A stretch of 52,479 nt of DNA from Cyanobacteria bacterium J06626_4 (GTDB lineage Bacteria > Cyanobacteriota > Cyanobacteriia > Phormidesmidales > Phormidesmidaceae), in NCBI GenBank assembly GCA_038523235.1, contig JBCBJQ010000034.1:1-52479 (forward strand). The letters are read 5' to 3'. Position numbers and translations under genes: made by a program. Position 1 is the stretch's first letter. Every line of letters starts with the position of its first letter. Below, piece after piece: positions 40,351 through 50,395 of the stretch. A model generated the notes under the pieces. That model saw only the letters and a list, made by a program, of their open reading frames with translations, was not told where the DNA came from and did not search any database.

Positions 40351-41760
40351 TCAACAGTCGAGGCTATCCGTACTCATCAACTGATAAAGCGCCTGCAGTC
40401 GGGTCTTTGCTTCGAGTTTGGCAAGGATATTGTTGATGTGAAACTTGACCGTGCTATCACTAATGTGAAGTTGCTGAGCAACTTCGCGATCGCGCAATCC
40501 CTTGACGAGCAACGCGATCACCTCTTGCTCTCGTTGGGAAAGCTGCTGGCGGGATGGGGGATTGAGGCCCCATTCTTCTCCTCTTATGACCGCTACAACC
40601 GCTGCTCGCAATTGGGTTGCCGTTGTGGAGAGATTGACCTGGGCTTTGACGCCGTGGGGTGCTCTGTGTGAGTCGTGCTTGAGCCAGATAGTGCGATCGC
40701 AGGTTTCTACCAAAGCTGGTTGATCAGTCAATAGAGGCATCTGCCGCCCCCTATTCCCCTGAACCCTGAGTCCCGCCGCATAGGCTAGCTGAGTAAAGCC
40801 CGTTTGCAATAGGGGTAAACGACATTGAACCCGCAACGATATGTCTGACAGATTGTCCAAGGAGGGAAAGGTCAAGGAAATCTGCATCGCCTCAATACTA
40901 GCCTCGGTATTGATGTGAAGACGGCCACCAAAACAGGCGGCAGTTGAGGCTAAATCACTCAAAGCAACACTCTCCCACGCTTGTTGTTCCTGAGGAATAA
41001 CCGACTGGAGGGCCGCAATTGCCTCCAAAGAAACAGCATCGGCGGCATAGGTTACACGGCAGTAAGTGCAGTCTAGGGTTTTAAGTATTTCAGCCACTTT
41101 TAGAAAAAGTTGAGCCTGGGATAATCGAAGGTGCCGTTCTGTTCCTAGAATGGTCAATTTTGTCTGCCCTAGGATGTAGGCCAAGCTCTCGGAGAGGGAA
41201 AGTTGGGCTGGGGTAGATTGTGGCTTGTCCATTGAGGACGCTTGCTGTTCTTTTTGGTGCAGCGAGGCCATTTCCAATGCGACTGTTAAAGTCGTACAAA
41301 ACCCGAGCAGAACTTCTAAAAATTCTGGCCTCATGGGCTGATGTCCAAAGGCCGCTAACACTCCAATCACCTGATCAGAATTAGTGAGAGGATATCCGGC
41401 AAAGCTCGTAATTTTATTGGCGATCGCCCATTCCGGGTATCTCACCCAAGATTCTGCAGTCAGGTTATTGCTCAATAGCGATATCCGATTTTGAGCAATT
41501 CTGCCAATCTTAAACGCTCCCATGGGGATGCGGCTAAACGCACCATCGGTGTGAGTATACAAGCCCGATGATGCCGCCAATCGCAACCGTTTACGATCGG
41601 GTTCCACTAACCAAATGCGAGTAAATGCACAGTCAAACTGCTTAACCAGGCCATCCGTTGCCAGGCGGGCAATATCATCTAAGTTTAAGGAAGTAGAAAA
41701 GCTTTGAGCAATTTGATTAGCTCGCTGTAAATCCCAAACTAGCCTTGCATCATCCAGCAT
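40351..41760 (-). CDS. GAF domain + LuxR-type HTH transcriptional regulator
   Basis: N-terminal GAF (RIWL...LAASSG...FAGYPL...GVL); C-terminal LSQREQEV...TVKFHINNILAKL. Start uncertain (41760-41826). Confidence 0.88.
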   Translation of the reverse strand: MLDDARLVWDLQRANQIAQSFSTSLNLDDIARLATDGLVKQFDCAFTRIWLVEPDRKRLRLAASSGLYTHTDGAFSRIPMGAFKIGRIAQNRISLLSNNLTAESWVRYPEWAIANKITSFAGYPLTNSDQVIGVLAAFGHQPMRPEFLEVLLGFCTTLTVALEMASLHQKEQQASSMDKPQSTPAQLSLSESLAYILGQTKLTILGTERHLRLSQAQLFLKVAEILKTLDCTYCRVTYAADAVSLEAIAALQSVIPQEQQAWESVALSDLASTAACFGGRLHINTEASIEAMQISLTFPSLDNLSDISLRVQCRLPLLQTGFTQLAYAAGLRVQGNRGRQMPLLTDQPALVETCDRTIWLKHDSHRAPHGVKAQVNLSTTATQLRAAVVAVIRGEEWGLNPPSRQQLSQREQEVIALLVKGLRDREVAQQLHISDSTVKFHINNILAKLEAKTRLQALYQLMSTDSLDC

Positions 41761-41925
41761 GTTAGAAAAATCGCTAGGGTCAATAACTTGCCTGAACCTA
41801 CGCCATAAAAAAGTTGAACGTATCAAACGATTAACGTTTGAGTTCAGGAACCGGCCCCAGAGGGGATCGGCAAGCGCAGTTTGCCAGCGGTTCCCTACAC
41901 CCGCACTCGGATGAGCGCAATCAAG

Positions 41926-42258
41926 CTACTGAGGCTCTCGCCGGTAGCCATAGTATGTGATGACCAAGGCGATGATCAACAATACGCTTTCGATATTGCC
42001 CAGCTGTAAACATTCGGATGAGACCCAGCAGCAAGAAGGACCAACCCGTTGCTGTAATGAGGCTAGGCTAGGCGCGCACCCGAAGATTATGTGCCCGCAC
42101 GATGGATAGCCCGCGACGAATAAAAGGACGCCTGACAGATAGACCACGGGTGGGATTTGCGCGTCGTAGAGATGAGGCTGAACTAGCGGGAACTCGGCGA
42201 TGAGTGCTGCAGAAAGAGTAGGATCGAGTAGGCTAGCGATTTGTCGAGAGCTCGCCAT
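41926..42258 (-). pseudogene. Frameshifted membrane-protein remnant
   Basis: MASSRQIA...VYLSGVLLFVAG continues in another frame (LSIVRAHN...GWSFLLLGLIRMF) with an internal stop. Confidence 0.55.
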
Positions 42259-42557
42259 CCGTACACCCGTAAAGGAGTGCGGGCTAACGGCAAAACGTAG
42301 CGGTGATAGACATACTTGGTGACTCAACCAGCGACTGCTGAATCATCCGCTGCCGTGAAATGCTAGCTCACAACAAGATGAACATGAACTCAGCATAGAA
42401 AATCGATAATCAGGATGATTCTGGAGTCAGAAGTCCATTGGATGTTGCTTGGTCAGTACAGCGTGACGACGCGATCGCCTGACCGACAAAAGCGCGATCG
42501 CATTTTAGGGTTCACGCGAGGCGATCGCACTACAATTCCTGACCAACGGCACTGCCC

Positions 42558-43844
42558 CTATCGCCCAATTGCCAGCGCGTAAAGGATATCCTTTTCCGTG
42601 CTTAAAAACGCCTGGGTTTCCTCATCGTAATAAGCCCCGATGCCCGTGCAGGCAACGTCGTAATAGGTGCTGGCCAAATAGAGCCGCTGCCCCAGCACCC
42701 CAGCCATCTGCATCGCCGTTTGATAATTCTGGGGATGCGCAGCTAAAAAGAACGTCACCGCCCCATCCCCAGCAATGCGCTGATTTACGCAGAGGTATGC
42801 TGCTTTGGCAGAAAAGTCACCGTCCTGCAGCAGTGCTCCATCGCGATAAATACCCGGAGCCAGTCCCGTCACGCGGTGCACCACGGCATAGATGGCGATC
42901 TCTTCGTAGCTATAGGTCGCAATGGGCTGGCTGAGCACTGACAGAATGGCCCGATATTCCTCCAGCGAAATCGCTACCTTGCGAAAACAGCGGGCCGATC
43001 GCCGCTGATAAATGGCGTCTAAAAACTTGGAGCAATCGTAGTGCCAGGTCGGACTGCGGAGCGATTGACGGGGACTGACCGGGGCCAAAGTAGCCTGATA
43101 GCCCTGCTCGATAAACGGATTGGGGATGAAATAGTCGGTGCCACAGACAAAGGGCATTGGCAGCCGAAATTCGCGGCGCGGCCGGGGAATTTTGTGACCG
43201 GAGATCGCGGCCCCCAGCGCCCATTCCTGATTGGCAAATCCCATCGCTTGATTTAACTGGGCTTTGTCAAAGTTAAACACCAGCTCTAGCGGATGTTCAA
43301 AGGCATAGGCGGCAGCAGCGATCGCGCCCAAATGGTGCCCGCCATCCAAAAAGGCATAGCGGAGGCTGCGGTCCTCATACTTCCAGCTAGAGCGAAAATA
43401 AACACAGCTCACTAAAAAGATCAGTCCCTTGACAGTGTAGCCAGGGCACACATAGGCTTCCAGACCATCGTCAATGAGTTCGTAAATCAGCGTGAGTTGA
43501 TTATGCGCGACTTCGTAGCGGTACAAACCGTTGATGATGCCGTCAACGCCCCGAATCTGCACATAGAGTTCGGTGGGGTACAGGCTCCCCGCCGAGGGGA
43601 TGACCCGCAGTTGCGCTGTGTAGTGACGATATTGCCTTTCCAGGGTGATGGCGCTGGTGGCCTTGATCACTTCATGGGTGGGGTTGCCCGCTGCTAACGG
43701 CAAGCGTCGATAAAACTGGGGATAGGTTTTGTAGGCCGAGGGCTGAGTCGAAGCATCCACATAATTGGGATTAATCTTGACTGACTCATCAGAATGGTTG
43801 GTTTGCTCATGAATTGTCAGTCGCCTGAGCTTACTTGGCAGCAT
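42558..43844 (-). CDS. SagB/ThcOx-family nitroreductase with two FMN-binding domains
   Basis: RVIPSAGSLYP.E.Y, WKY..R..RY..LD.GH, second domain RRSAR.F and GIGAYYD. Confidence 0.9.
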   Translation of the reverse strand: MLPSKLRRLTIHEQTNHSDESVKINPNYVDASTQPSAYKTYPQFYRRLPLAAGNPTHEVIKATSAITLERQYRHYTAQLRVIPSAGSLYPTELYVQIRGVDGIINGLYRYEVAHNQLTLIYELIDDGLEAYVCPGYTVKGLIFLVSCVYFRSSWKYEDRSLRYAFLDGGHHLGAIAAAAYAFEHPLELVFNFDKAQLNQAMGFANQEWALGAAISGHKIPRPRREFRLPMPFVCGTDYFIPNPFIEQGYQATLAPVSPRQSLRSPTWHYDCSKFLDAIYQRRSARCFRKVAISLEEYRAILSVLSQPIATYSYEEIAIYAVVHRVTGLAPGIYRDGALLQDGDFSAKAAYLCVNQRIAGDGAVTFFLAAHPQNYQTAMQMAGVLGQRLYLASTYYDVACTGIGAYYDEETQAFLSTEKDILYALAIGR

Positions 43845-44292
43845 GCTTCAACACTCTCCAGACCGCTGGCGTGCTGGCAAAGTCGAGGGCGGTGAAGTCG
43901 TCTAAATTGCGCAAGGTGGTATTGGCACCGAGATTTAACAGCTGCTGCAAAACCTCGATTTTACCGGCAGAGGCCGCATACATCAGGGCCGTCGCGCCAT
44001 TGTCGTTTTGATTATCGATGTCGATACCCGCTGCGACCAAGCGATCGATAGCGTCATGAAAGTTGCCGAAGCAGGCAAACCAGAGGGCATTGTTACCATC
44101 GCGATTGCGGCAGTTCACATCGACCCCAACCGTGAATAACTCCTGCATCCAGTCCAGGTGACCGGCCCGAGTCAGCTTCATCAGGGCCGAATCCCCGTTC
44201 TCGCCCGGTTGGTTGAGAGCTTCAGAGACATAGCCGTTATCGTTTAGCCAGGTGGCTAAAGCTGGACTCAGGGTGGGCTGGGTAAGTGTCAT
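43831..44292 (-). CDS. Ankyrin-repeat protein
   Basis: GDSALM, GNNALWFAC, GATALMYAA, FTALDFA; 14-nt overlap with the nitroreductase. Confidence 0.9.
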   Translation of the reverse strand: MTLTQPTLSPALATWLNDNGYVSEALNQPGENGDSALMKLTRAGHLDWMQELFTVGVDVNCRNRDGNNALWFACFGNFHDAIDRLVAAGIDIDNQNDNGATALMYAASAGKIEVLQQLLNLGANTTLRNLDDFTALDFASTPAVWRVLKHAAK

Positions 44293-44591
44293 CGCGTTGA
44301 AGTCTCCGGCATCATCGGGGCAAGGGCTTGATTGAGGGCAGCGGTCGCCGCATCCAGCGTCAACTGCGGCTGTGACCAGGCAATCGTCCAGGTGCCATCG
44401 CTGCCGAGGATTTCGAGATCACTGTGGATGGGCGGCTTACCCAACACATCCATCAGTTGTCGAGCCAAAATACAGTGGCTGGTGACATTCGTGATCACCG
44501 CGATCGTGAGCACATCCTCAGAATCCGCGATCGCTTCCTGAAAAACAGTTTTAATCTGCATGACATCCCTGTCTAAAGATTTGTCAGTCAA
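44289..44591 (-). CDS. Hypothetical protein (start 44591 or 44561)
   Basis: ATGA stop/start overlap with the ankyrin gene. Confidence 0.6.
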   Translation of the reverse strand: MTDKSLDRDVMQIKTVFQEAIADSEDVLTIAVITNVTSHCILARQLMDVLGKPPIHSDLEILGSDGTWTIAWSQPQLTLDAATAALNQALAPMMPETSTR

Positions 44592-45066
44592 TGCATCAGG
44601 TATGGTCGAAATTGATTTTTGGCGGTTGAGAGTTCAACCGCCCGACTGAGAACTGATGTGCTGCTCTTTCCCGATCAATGGAGACAGTCATCACAATCCA
44701 TCACATTTTCCCGAGAACGCTCGGAAATCTCCATCATCATCTTAGGGCAAAGCTTGGGAAGCAATCATCGCTGAAATTGAACCATCAGCGGAGTGCCGTC
44801 TTCGAGGGTTTATGGTGAACTATTTCAGCTAATATTTTGTTCTGATGCATACAAAATATCGAGATCAGAGCCGCCATTTTGACGTCTTTTTAAGAACAGT
44901 CAAAAAGCGTGTTTTTATTTATGAGTTTATGGATTCGATTTCACTGAGCTAGACGATCTTAAGAGAACTTGAATAGGGCCAATTTTGAAGTAATTCATAC
45001 AGAATACTCATTCACAATCTTCCCTAATAGTGCAGTCGGGTATTGTTCTCACAGAGGATCTTGGCC

Positions 45067-45708
45067 ATGCCGATCGTTGGGTTGCTCAGCAAATTTGATC
45101 AGTGCGTTTTGAATATGGCCCTGATTCATCTCTGCAATACCGAAAGCCATGTCGGTCAGGAGATGCGCCGTCAATATAACGCTTGGAAACAAGACAGTGA
45201 TGACCCCGTCCATAACCCTTGGCTAGATATTCACAAGTTCTCCATCTACATTCCCCATCCCGATCAGGATTACGAAGACATCACCCTCGCAGAGGGATTC
45301 ACCCAGGGATATAACATTGAGGTCGAACCGGTCAAAGACCGCAGCCGCCTGATTTATGACATTCCTCAGGGCGGACATTTTGTGGCGGTCATGAAGCAAA
45401 AGCAGGTGGACGGTGATTTTGCGATCGCGGCTACTGGCGTGTTTGTGCGCTCCCTGGCAGTCCTTAGTCTGGATGTGGTGGTTGATATCACTCAAGGCGA
45501 GACTCAGCCCATTGTGGTCAAGCATCCGATCATTCGCGACTATCCCCAAGATTGGGAAGCAAAACTGCGGTCATTTTTGCAGAGAGAACTCAGTGACGAA
45601 GCCCTACCGCGCCTAGTGGGATACGTCGATCGCAGTTTGAATCCTGACTACCGTTCGCCGCGATGGTATGAGGTCCACCAGGCTGGCGATGGTTTATTGA
45701 CCCTTTGA
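45067..45708 (+). CDS. Conserved hypothetical protein
   Basis: 213-aa ORF, AGAGGA RBS, globular composition; family not recognised. Confidence 0.75.
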   Translation: MPIVGLLSKFDQCVLNMALIHLCNTESHVGQEMRRQYNAWKQDSDDPVHNPWLDIHKFSIYIPHPDQDYEDITLAEGFTQGYNIEVEPVKDRSRLIYDIPQGGHFVAVMKQKQVDGDFAIAATGVFVRSLAVLSLDVVVDITQGETQPIVVKHPIIRDYPQDWEAKLRSFLQRELSDEALPRLVGYVDRSLNPDYRSPRWYEVHQAGDGLLTL

Positions 45709-45896
45709 GCAAGCGGCCCATTCAGCGCCGGGTTGGGAACCGTGCTTCATTGCAAGCGCTCCGATGGTGGCTGAACTTGGGGATATTTGTTTGCTTAGGA
45801 ATGAGAATTGAATAAGTTGGGATAGCCGTCTCGGCTGTCTTCAGGCAGGCAAGATGCCTGCGCTAAACAATTTGGATGTTATTTGCTCCTCATTCC

Positions 45897-47144
45897 TTAG
45901 AGGGAACGCCGCAGCAGATCAAGGGCGGAACAGCAGCTGAGGTGCCGAATCCAGTCGCGTCCCCGCAGGTTGCCAAATCGGTAGGCCTGGCTGCTCACCT
46001 GCCCCTCAGGCCCCGCAATGCCAATGTAGACGAGGCCCACAGGCTTTTCGGCAGTGCCGCCCCCCGGCCCCGCGACGCCGGTAATGCCGACGCCCCAATC
46101 GGTTCCTAAACGTGCCCTGACGCCGGCTGCCATTTGCTCGGCGACGGGGGCACTGACGGCCCCCAGCGTGTCTAGCACGGCGGGTGATACGCCCAGGAGC
46201 CCAATTTTGACAGCGTTGTCATAGGAGATGATGCCCCCCATGAAGTAGGCCGAGCTGCCGGCTACCGCGGTCAGCATGTGGCCTAGCCCACCGCCGGTGC
46301 ACGATTCGGCTACGGCCAGGGTTTGCCCGGTTTGGCGGAGGCGATCGCCGACAACCGATGCCAAGGTGTCATCATCGCTGCCGTAATAGGGGTCGGGGGC
46401 CAGTTTGAGAATCTCGTCGGCCACGGGCTCAATCAGGGCGATCGCGGCGGCTTCAGACGCGGCGCGGGCGGAGATGCGCAGCTTGACAGTGCCCTGACTG
46501 GCGTAGGGGGCGACGGTCGGATTATCGCGGTCAAAGAGATGATTCACCTGCTCGGCTAGATCAGATTCGCCAATGCCCCAAAACTTAAGCGTGCGACTAT
46601 AGATGGGGTCGGCGGCCCAGCCTTCACTTTGCAGGTAGGGTACGGCGGTCGTTTGCCACATGACGTGCATTTCTTTGGGCACCCCCGGAAAGGTCATGAG
46701 CACTAAACCGGGACGCGGTTCCCAAATGATGCCGGGGGCACTACCAGCTGGGTTCGGCAGCACGTCAGCCCCTTGGGGCAGCAACGCCTGCTTGCGATTA
46801 CTGGCGGCCATGGTGCGACCGCGCCGCTCATATTTTTGCTGAATGTCGGCGATGACTGCCGGGCGTTCTGCTAACGGGGCGTCAAAGAAATCGGCCAGGG
46901 TTTCATGGGTGAGGTCATCGGGGGTCGGGCCAAGCCCGCCAGTGAACAACAGGAGGCGCGATCGCTCGCAGGCGATCGCCACGGCTCGCTGAATCCGTAA
47001 TGGGTTGTCGCCCACCACAGTTTGGTAATAGTGGGAAATGCCGAGCTGGGCTAATTCCTGAGCGAGAAACTGAGCATTGGTGTTGACGATGTCACCTAGC
47101 AGGAGTTCGCTGCCCACGCATATAATTTCTGCACTGCCCTTCAT
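45897..47144 (-). CDS. cinA: Competence/damage-inducible protein CinA (MoCF-like + NMN deamidase)
   Basis: GSELLLG.IVNTN, GGLGPTPDDLT, AESCTGG, GITGVAGPGG. Confidence 0.95.
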   Translation of the reverse strand: MKGSAEIICVGSELLLGDIVNTNAQFLAQELAQLGISHYYQTVVGDNPLRIQRAVAIACERSRLLLFTGGLGPTPDDLTHETLADFFDAPLAERPAVIADIQQKYERRGRTMAASNRKQALLPQGADVLPNPAGSAPGIIWEPRPGLVLMTFPGVPKEMHVMWQTTAVPYLQSEGWAADPIYSRTLKFWGIGESDLAEQVNHLFDRDNPTVAPYASQGTVKLRISARAASEAAAIALIEPVADEILKLAPDPYYGSDDDTLASVVGDRLRQTGQTLAVAESCTGGGLGHMLTAVAGSSAYFMGGIISYDNAVKIGLLGVSPAVLDTLGAVSAPVAEQMAAGVRARLGTDWGVGITGVAGPGGGTAEKPVGLVYIGIAGPEGQVSSQAYRFGNLRGRDWIRHLSCCSALDLLRRSL

Positions 47145-47313
47145 GGGTTGCTGTTATCTCTAATGAAGACCGCCCCTATGACCAACCGGCTGGCGCGGCA
47201 TGGCATGATGAAGGGCACTGAGACGATAATTCTATCGGTGATCGCCCAAAAATACCCGCCATCTACCCTTTGATCCTACGGTAGCCACTTCTGACGATTC
47301 TGTCTGTGCGCGT

Positions 47314-48948
47314 ATGAAACTCTTTGTGCCTCAGATTTCTCCATCCTTTGGCGGGTGGTTGGGGGGCGGTTTGTTCTTCAGAACCCTCGTCGCTCTGCTG
47401 TTGCCCGTCGGTTTTGATGAGGTTTACTACTACCTCTACAGCCGTCATCTGGCCTGGAGCTATTTTGACCACCCGCTGATGGTGGGGCTGACGACGGGCC
47501 TGGGTTGGTGGACGACGGGCCTGATCATCCCCCTGACGCTGCGCGTGGGGGCGCTGGGGCTGTACACCTTGAGTCTGGGCCTGCTGTATCTCACGGCGCG
47601 GCACCTGTTTGACGAAAAAACGGGGATGCTGGCGCTCGCCCTCGGCTCGCTCTCGCCGATTTTGTGGATCGCCTTTGGGGTGCTGACCTCACCCGATAAC
47701 GGTCTCATCTTTTTTTGGACGCTGACGTTGCTGCTAGCGGCGTGGGAGTTTATTCCCCATCGCTTTTCTTCTACGTCCAGTTTGAGCACTGCTAACTACC
47801 AGCCGAGTTACCGCATTGCGCTGATTGGTCTGACCGTGGGGCTGGCCTGCCTGAGCAAGTATCACGGGTTTGTGTTGGGCGCGGGGCTGGTGGGGTTCTG
47901 TCTGACCAGTCGACGTAGCCGCAGAGCGTTAACCTCGCCGTGGCTGGCGATCGCGGCCCTGCTTTTCCTCCTGACGCTGATGCCGCTATGGGTTTGGAAT
48001 GGCCAAAATGAGTGGTTTTCGTTCCGATTTCACCTGTTTATGCGATTTGAGGGTGACGGCATGCCCAACCCCTACCGAGTTCTAGACGCGCTCGGCACCT
48101 GGCTGCTGGGCATGGTTTACCTATTTCCCGCGATCGGGGTGCCGCTGTGGTGGAGCACCGGACAATCGCTGCTGCTGCATATTCAAACCTGGCTACAGCC
48201 GCCGCTCACAGGGGGAGAATGGGTGGCCCGCGATCGCCTGGCGCTGATTCTCTGGCTATCTTTGCCCATCGCGGTAGGGTTTACGCTGCTGGGGGGCAAA
48301 CAGGCGATTTTTCCGGCTTGGCCGGCACCGGGCTTTTGGGGACTAACGCTGCTGCTGGCCCACAGTGCCACCCGCTGGCGAGCAGTCGTTGTGCGTCGCT
48401 GGCTCTGGGGCACGGGTCTATTTTTAGGCACGTTGGTGCTGGTCGCGCTGCTGCATCTCTCGGTCGGCCTTTTGCAAAAGCCGGGAAATTTTAGTCTCTT
48501 GGGGGGCTGGGTACCGGTGGCACAGGATGGTTCGACGGCGCTATTGGATGTGGGGCAGCTGCGATCGCATTTTGCCCAAACCCCAGAGCTGCAGAAAGCC
48601 CTGGCAACCTCTGACTTTATTTTTACCGATGAGTTTTATCTCTCAGGCTATGTTGATATGGCGCTGCATCCGCTGACGCCACAGCCGATTACCTGCTTTA
48701 GTCAAGACCCGCGCGGCTTTGCCTTTTGGGACGAACCTGATACCTGGTTGGGGCAAACTGCTCTGTATGTGACGCTGCAGAGTTTGCATGGCGATCGCGA
48801 GGCCTTGGTCGCGGAGTTTCAGCCTTATTTTCAAACCCTAGAGCCGATGGCTGAGGTGCCTCTCACCCGAGGTGGAACTGTCACCGATACTGTGCTGGTT
48901 TACCAAGCCAGCGATATGCAGCAGGTTTATGAGTATCCCTATCCTTAG
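47314..48948 (+). CDS. GT-C glycosyltransferase family 39 (ArnT/PMT-like)
   Basis: DEVYY, YFDHP, SPD, LSKY; many TM helices. Confidence 0.88.
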   Translation: MKLFVPQISPSFGGWLGGGLFFRTLVALLLPVGFDEVYYYLYSRHLAWSYFDHPLMVGLTTGLGWWTTGLIIPLTLRVGALGLYTLSLGLLYLTARHLFDEKTGMLALALGSLSPILWIAFGVLTSPDNGLIFFWTLTLLLAAWEFIPHRFSSTSSLSTANYQPSYRIALIGLTVGLACLSKYHGFVLGAGLVGFCLTSRRSRRALTSPWLAIAALLFLLTLMPLWVWNGQNEWFSFRFHLFMRFEGDGMPNPYRVLDALGTWLLGMVYLFPAIGVPLWWSTGQSLLLHIQTWLQPPLTGGEWVARDRLALILWLSLPIAVGFTLLGGKQAIFPAWPAPGFWGLTLLLAHSATRWRAVVVRRWLWGTGLFLGTLVLVALLHLSVGLLQKPGNFSLLGGWVPVAQDGSTALLDVGQLRSHFAQTPELQKALATSDFIFTDEFYLSGYVDMALHPLTPQPITCFSQDPRGFAFWDEPDTWLGQTALYVTLQSLHGDREALVAEFQPYFQTLEPMAEVPLTRGGTVTDTVLVYQASDMQQVYEYPYP

Positions 48949-49239
48949 GATGCGGCATCGATTTTTCAGCGGTCGCGCTCCCAATACAATCTTGAAAATA
49001 CAGGGCAATGGTTCACAACGCGGGCGCGATACTCCAAACGATGAAAAGGTGGTTGGGCCTACGGGTGAAGATTGGTGGGCCAGGATGAGCCCTGGCAGGG
49101 AGTTTAGCGTGAACGGTCGGGACGTGACCTACTCTACGGCTTGAAGACGCCGGGTAGCCAAGGAAAAGAGGTGCCAGGAGCATTGATTGGCCAGGAATCC
49201 TTGGTAAAGTTCGGTTAGCTATTATCGGGTTTGGGGCTG

Positions 49240-49512
49240 ATGCAGCGCATTCACGTGATCGTTTACGGACGAGTTCAAGGGGTGGGATTTCGCTACAGCA
49301 CCCAAGCCGAGGCGGTGCGGCTCAACCTTACCGGCTATGTGAGAAACCGTCCCAATGGCACTGTCGAAATCGTGGCCGAAGGGCAAGATTCAGCGATCAA
49401 TCAGCTATTAACTTGGGCTCACCAAGGCCCGCCTGCCGCTGCGGTGCATCAGGTTGAGGTCACCTACGGCAGCGTCACTGGCGAATTTAGCCAGTTCACC
49501 ATTGAGCGTTAA
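49240..49512 (+). CDS. acyP: Acylphosphatase
   Basis: GRVQGVGFR, GYVRN, GPP.A.V. Confidence 0.95.
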   Translation: MQRIHVIVYGRVQGVGFRYSTQAEAVRLNLTGYVRNRPNGTVEIVAEGQDSAINQLLTWAHQGPPAAAVHQVEVTYGSVTGEFSQFTIER

Positions 49513-49564
49513 AGTTTAGCCTGAGCCGGTTACCATAGCGGTGAAAATCGATAGCTGATACGGG

Positions 49565-50050
49565 ATGCAAGGCAACTCGATGCGCGGACACATTACGCAA
49601 ATTAGTATTTCAGATGGCGGCGTCCCTAAAATCGCTGTTCCCGAGGCCGAAATCATTGAGACAGGGCTGGTGGGCGATCGCCACAACAGTCCCAAAATTC
49701 ACGGTGGGCCAGAGAAGGCAGTCTGTTTATGGTCGCTAGAAGTGATTGAAGCGCTGCAGCAAGAAGGCCACAATCTAGCTCCGGGCTATGCGGGCGAAAA
49801 TATTACGGTGGCGGGCCTCGACTGGCCCCAGATCGCTCCTGGTCTGCGGCTGCAGCTCGGCGATGAGGTCTTGCTAGAGGTGGCCAGCTACACGTCTCCC
49901 TGTCGCAAAAATATGCGCTGGTTTGCTGATAAGCGTTACAGTCGCATGAGTCAAAAACATTATCCTGGCAGCAGCCGGGTGTATGCGCGAGTATTGCAGC
50001 CCGGCAAAATTCGGACTGATGATGTCGTCGCGATCGCTGCGGGGCCTTGA
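49565..50050 (+). CDS. MOSC-domain (YiiM-like) protein
   Basis: GGVPK, HGGPEKAV, GENIT, PC.K, YARVL..G.I. Confidence 0.9.
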   Translation: MQGNSMRGHITQISISDGGVPKIAVPEAEIIETGLVGDRHNSPKIHGGPEKAVCLWSLEVIEALQQEGHNLAPGYAGENITVAGLDWPQIAPGLRLQLGDEVLLEVASYTSPCRKNMRWFADKRYSRMSQKHYPGSSRVYARVLQPGKIRTDDVVAIAAGP

Positions 50051-50395
50051 TCTCACGTCTCGGTCACTCGCATAACGGCAGGCTGGGTCTACGGTCCCAG
50101 TCATCGGCAGACGCGCTTCAGTACACTAGGGGGACATGAGCCGTTGCGAGTGGCCTGTAGGACTTGATTTTTTGCCATGATGCCTGATATCGATAGAGTC
50201 CGACGCTGTGTCTCACTCAGCGCCGGATTTATTTAAACAGGGCTTGAAGGAGAGTCTAACCCGTGGTTCCACTGGTTGGACAGGGCCAGCCACTGTTGAC
50301 GCGGATAGAGCATTGCCCATGGCACACTATTTATCGGTCAGTTCCGTCCGGGCGCGATCTCGTCGTGTCAGTCGTGGTGTTATTAGGAGAGGTGC

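Noticed and set aside
42558..43844. SagB gene as part of a TOMM/RiPP cluster
   Set aside because: No YcaO, precursor peptide, protease or exporter nearby
44621..44642. Hairpin GGCGGTTGA-GAGT-TCAACCGCC as a terminator or riboswitch
   Set aside because: No 3' U-tract on either strand and no recognisable aptamer
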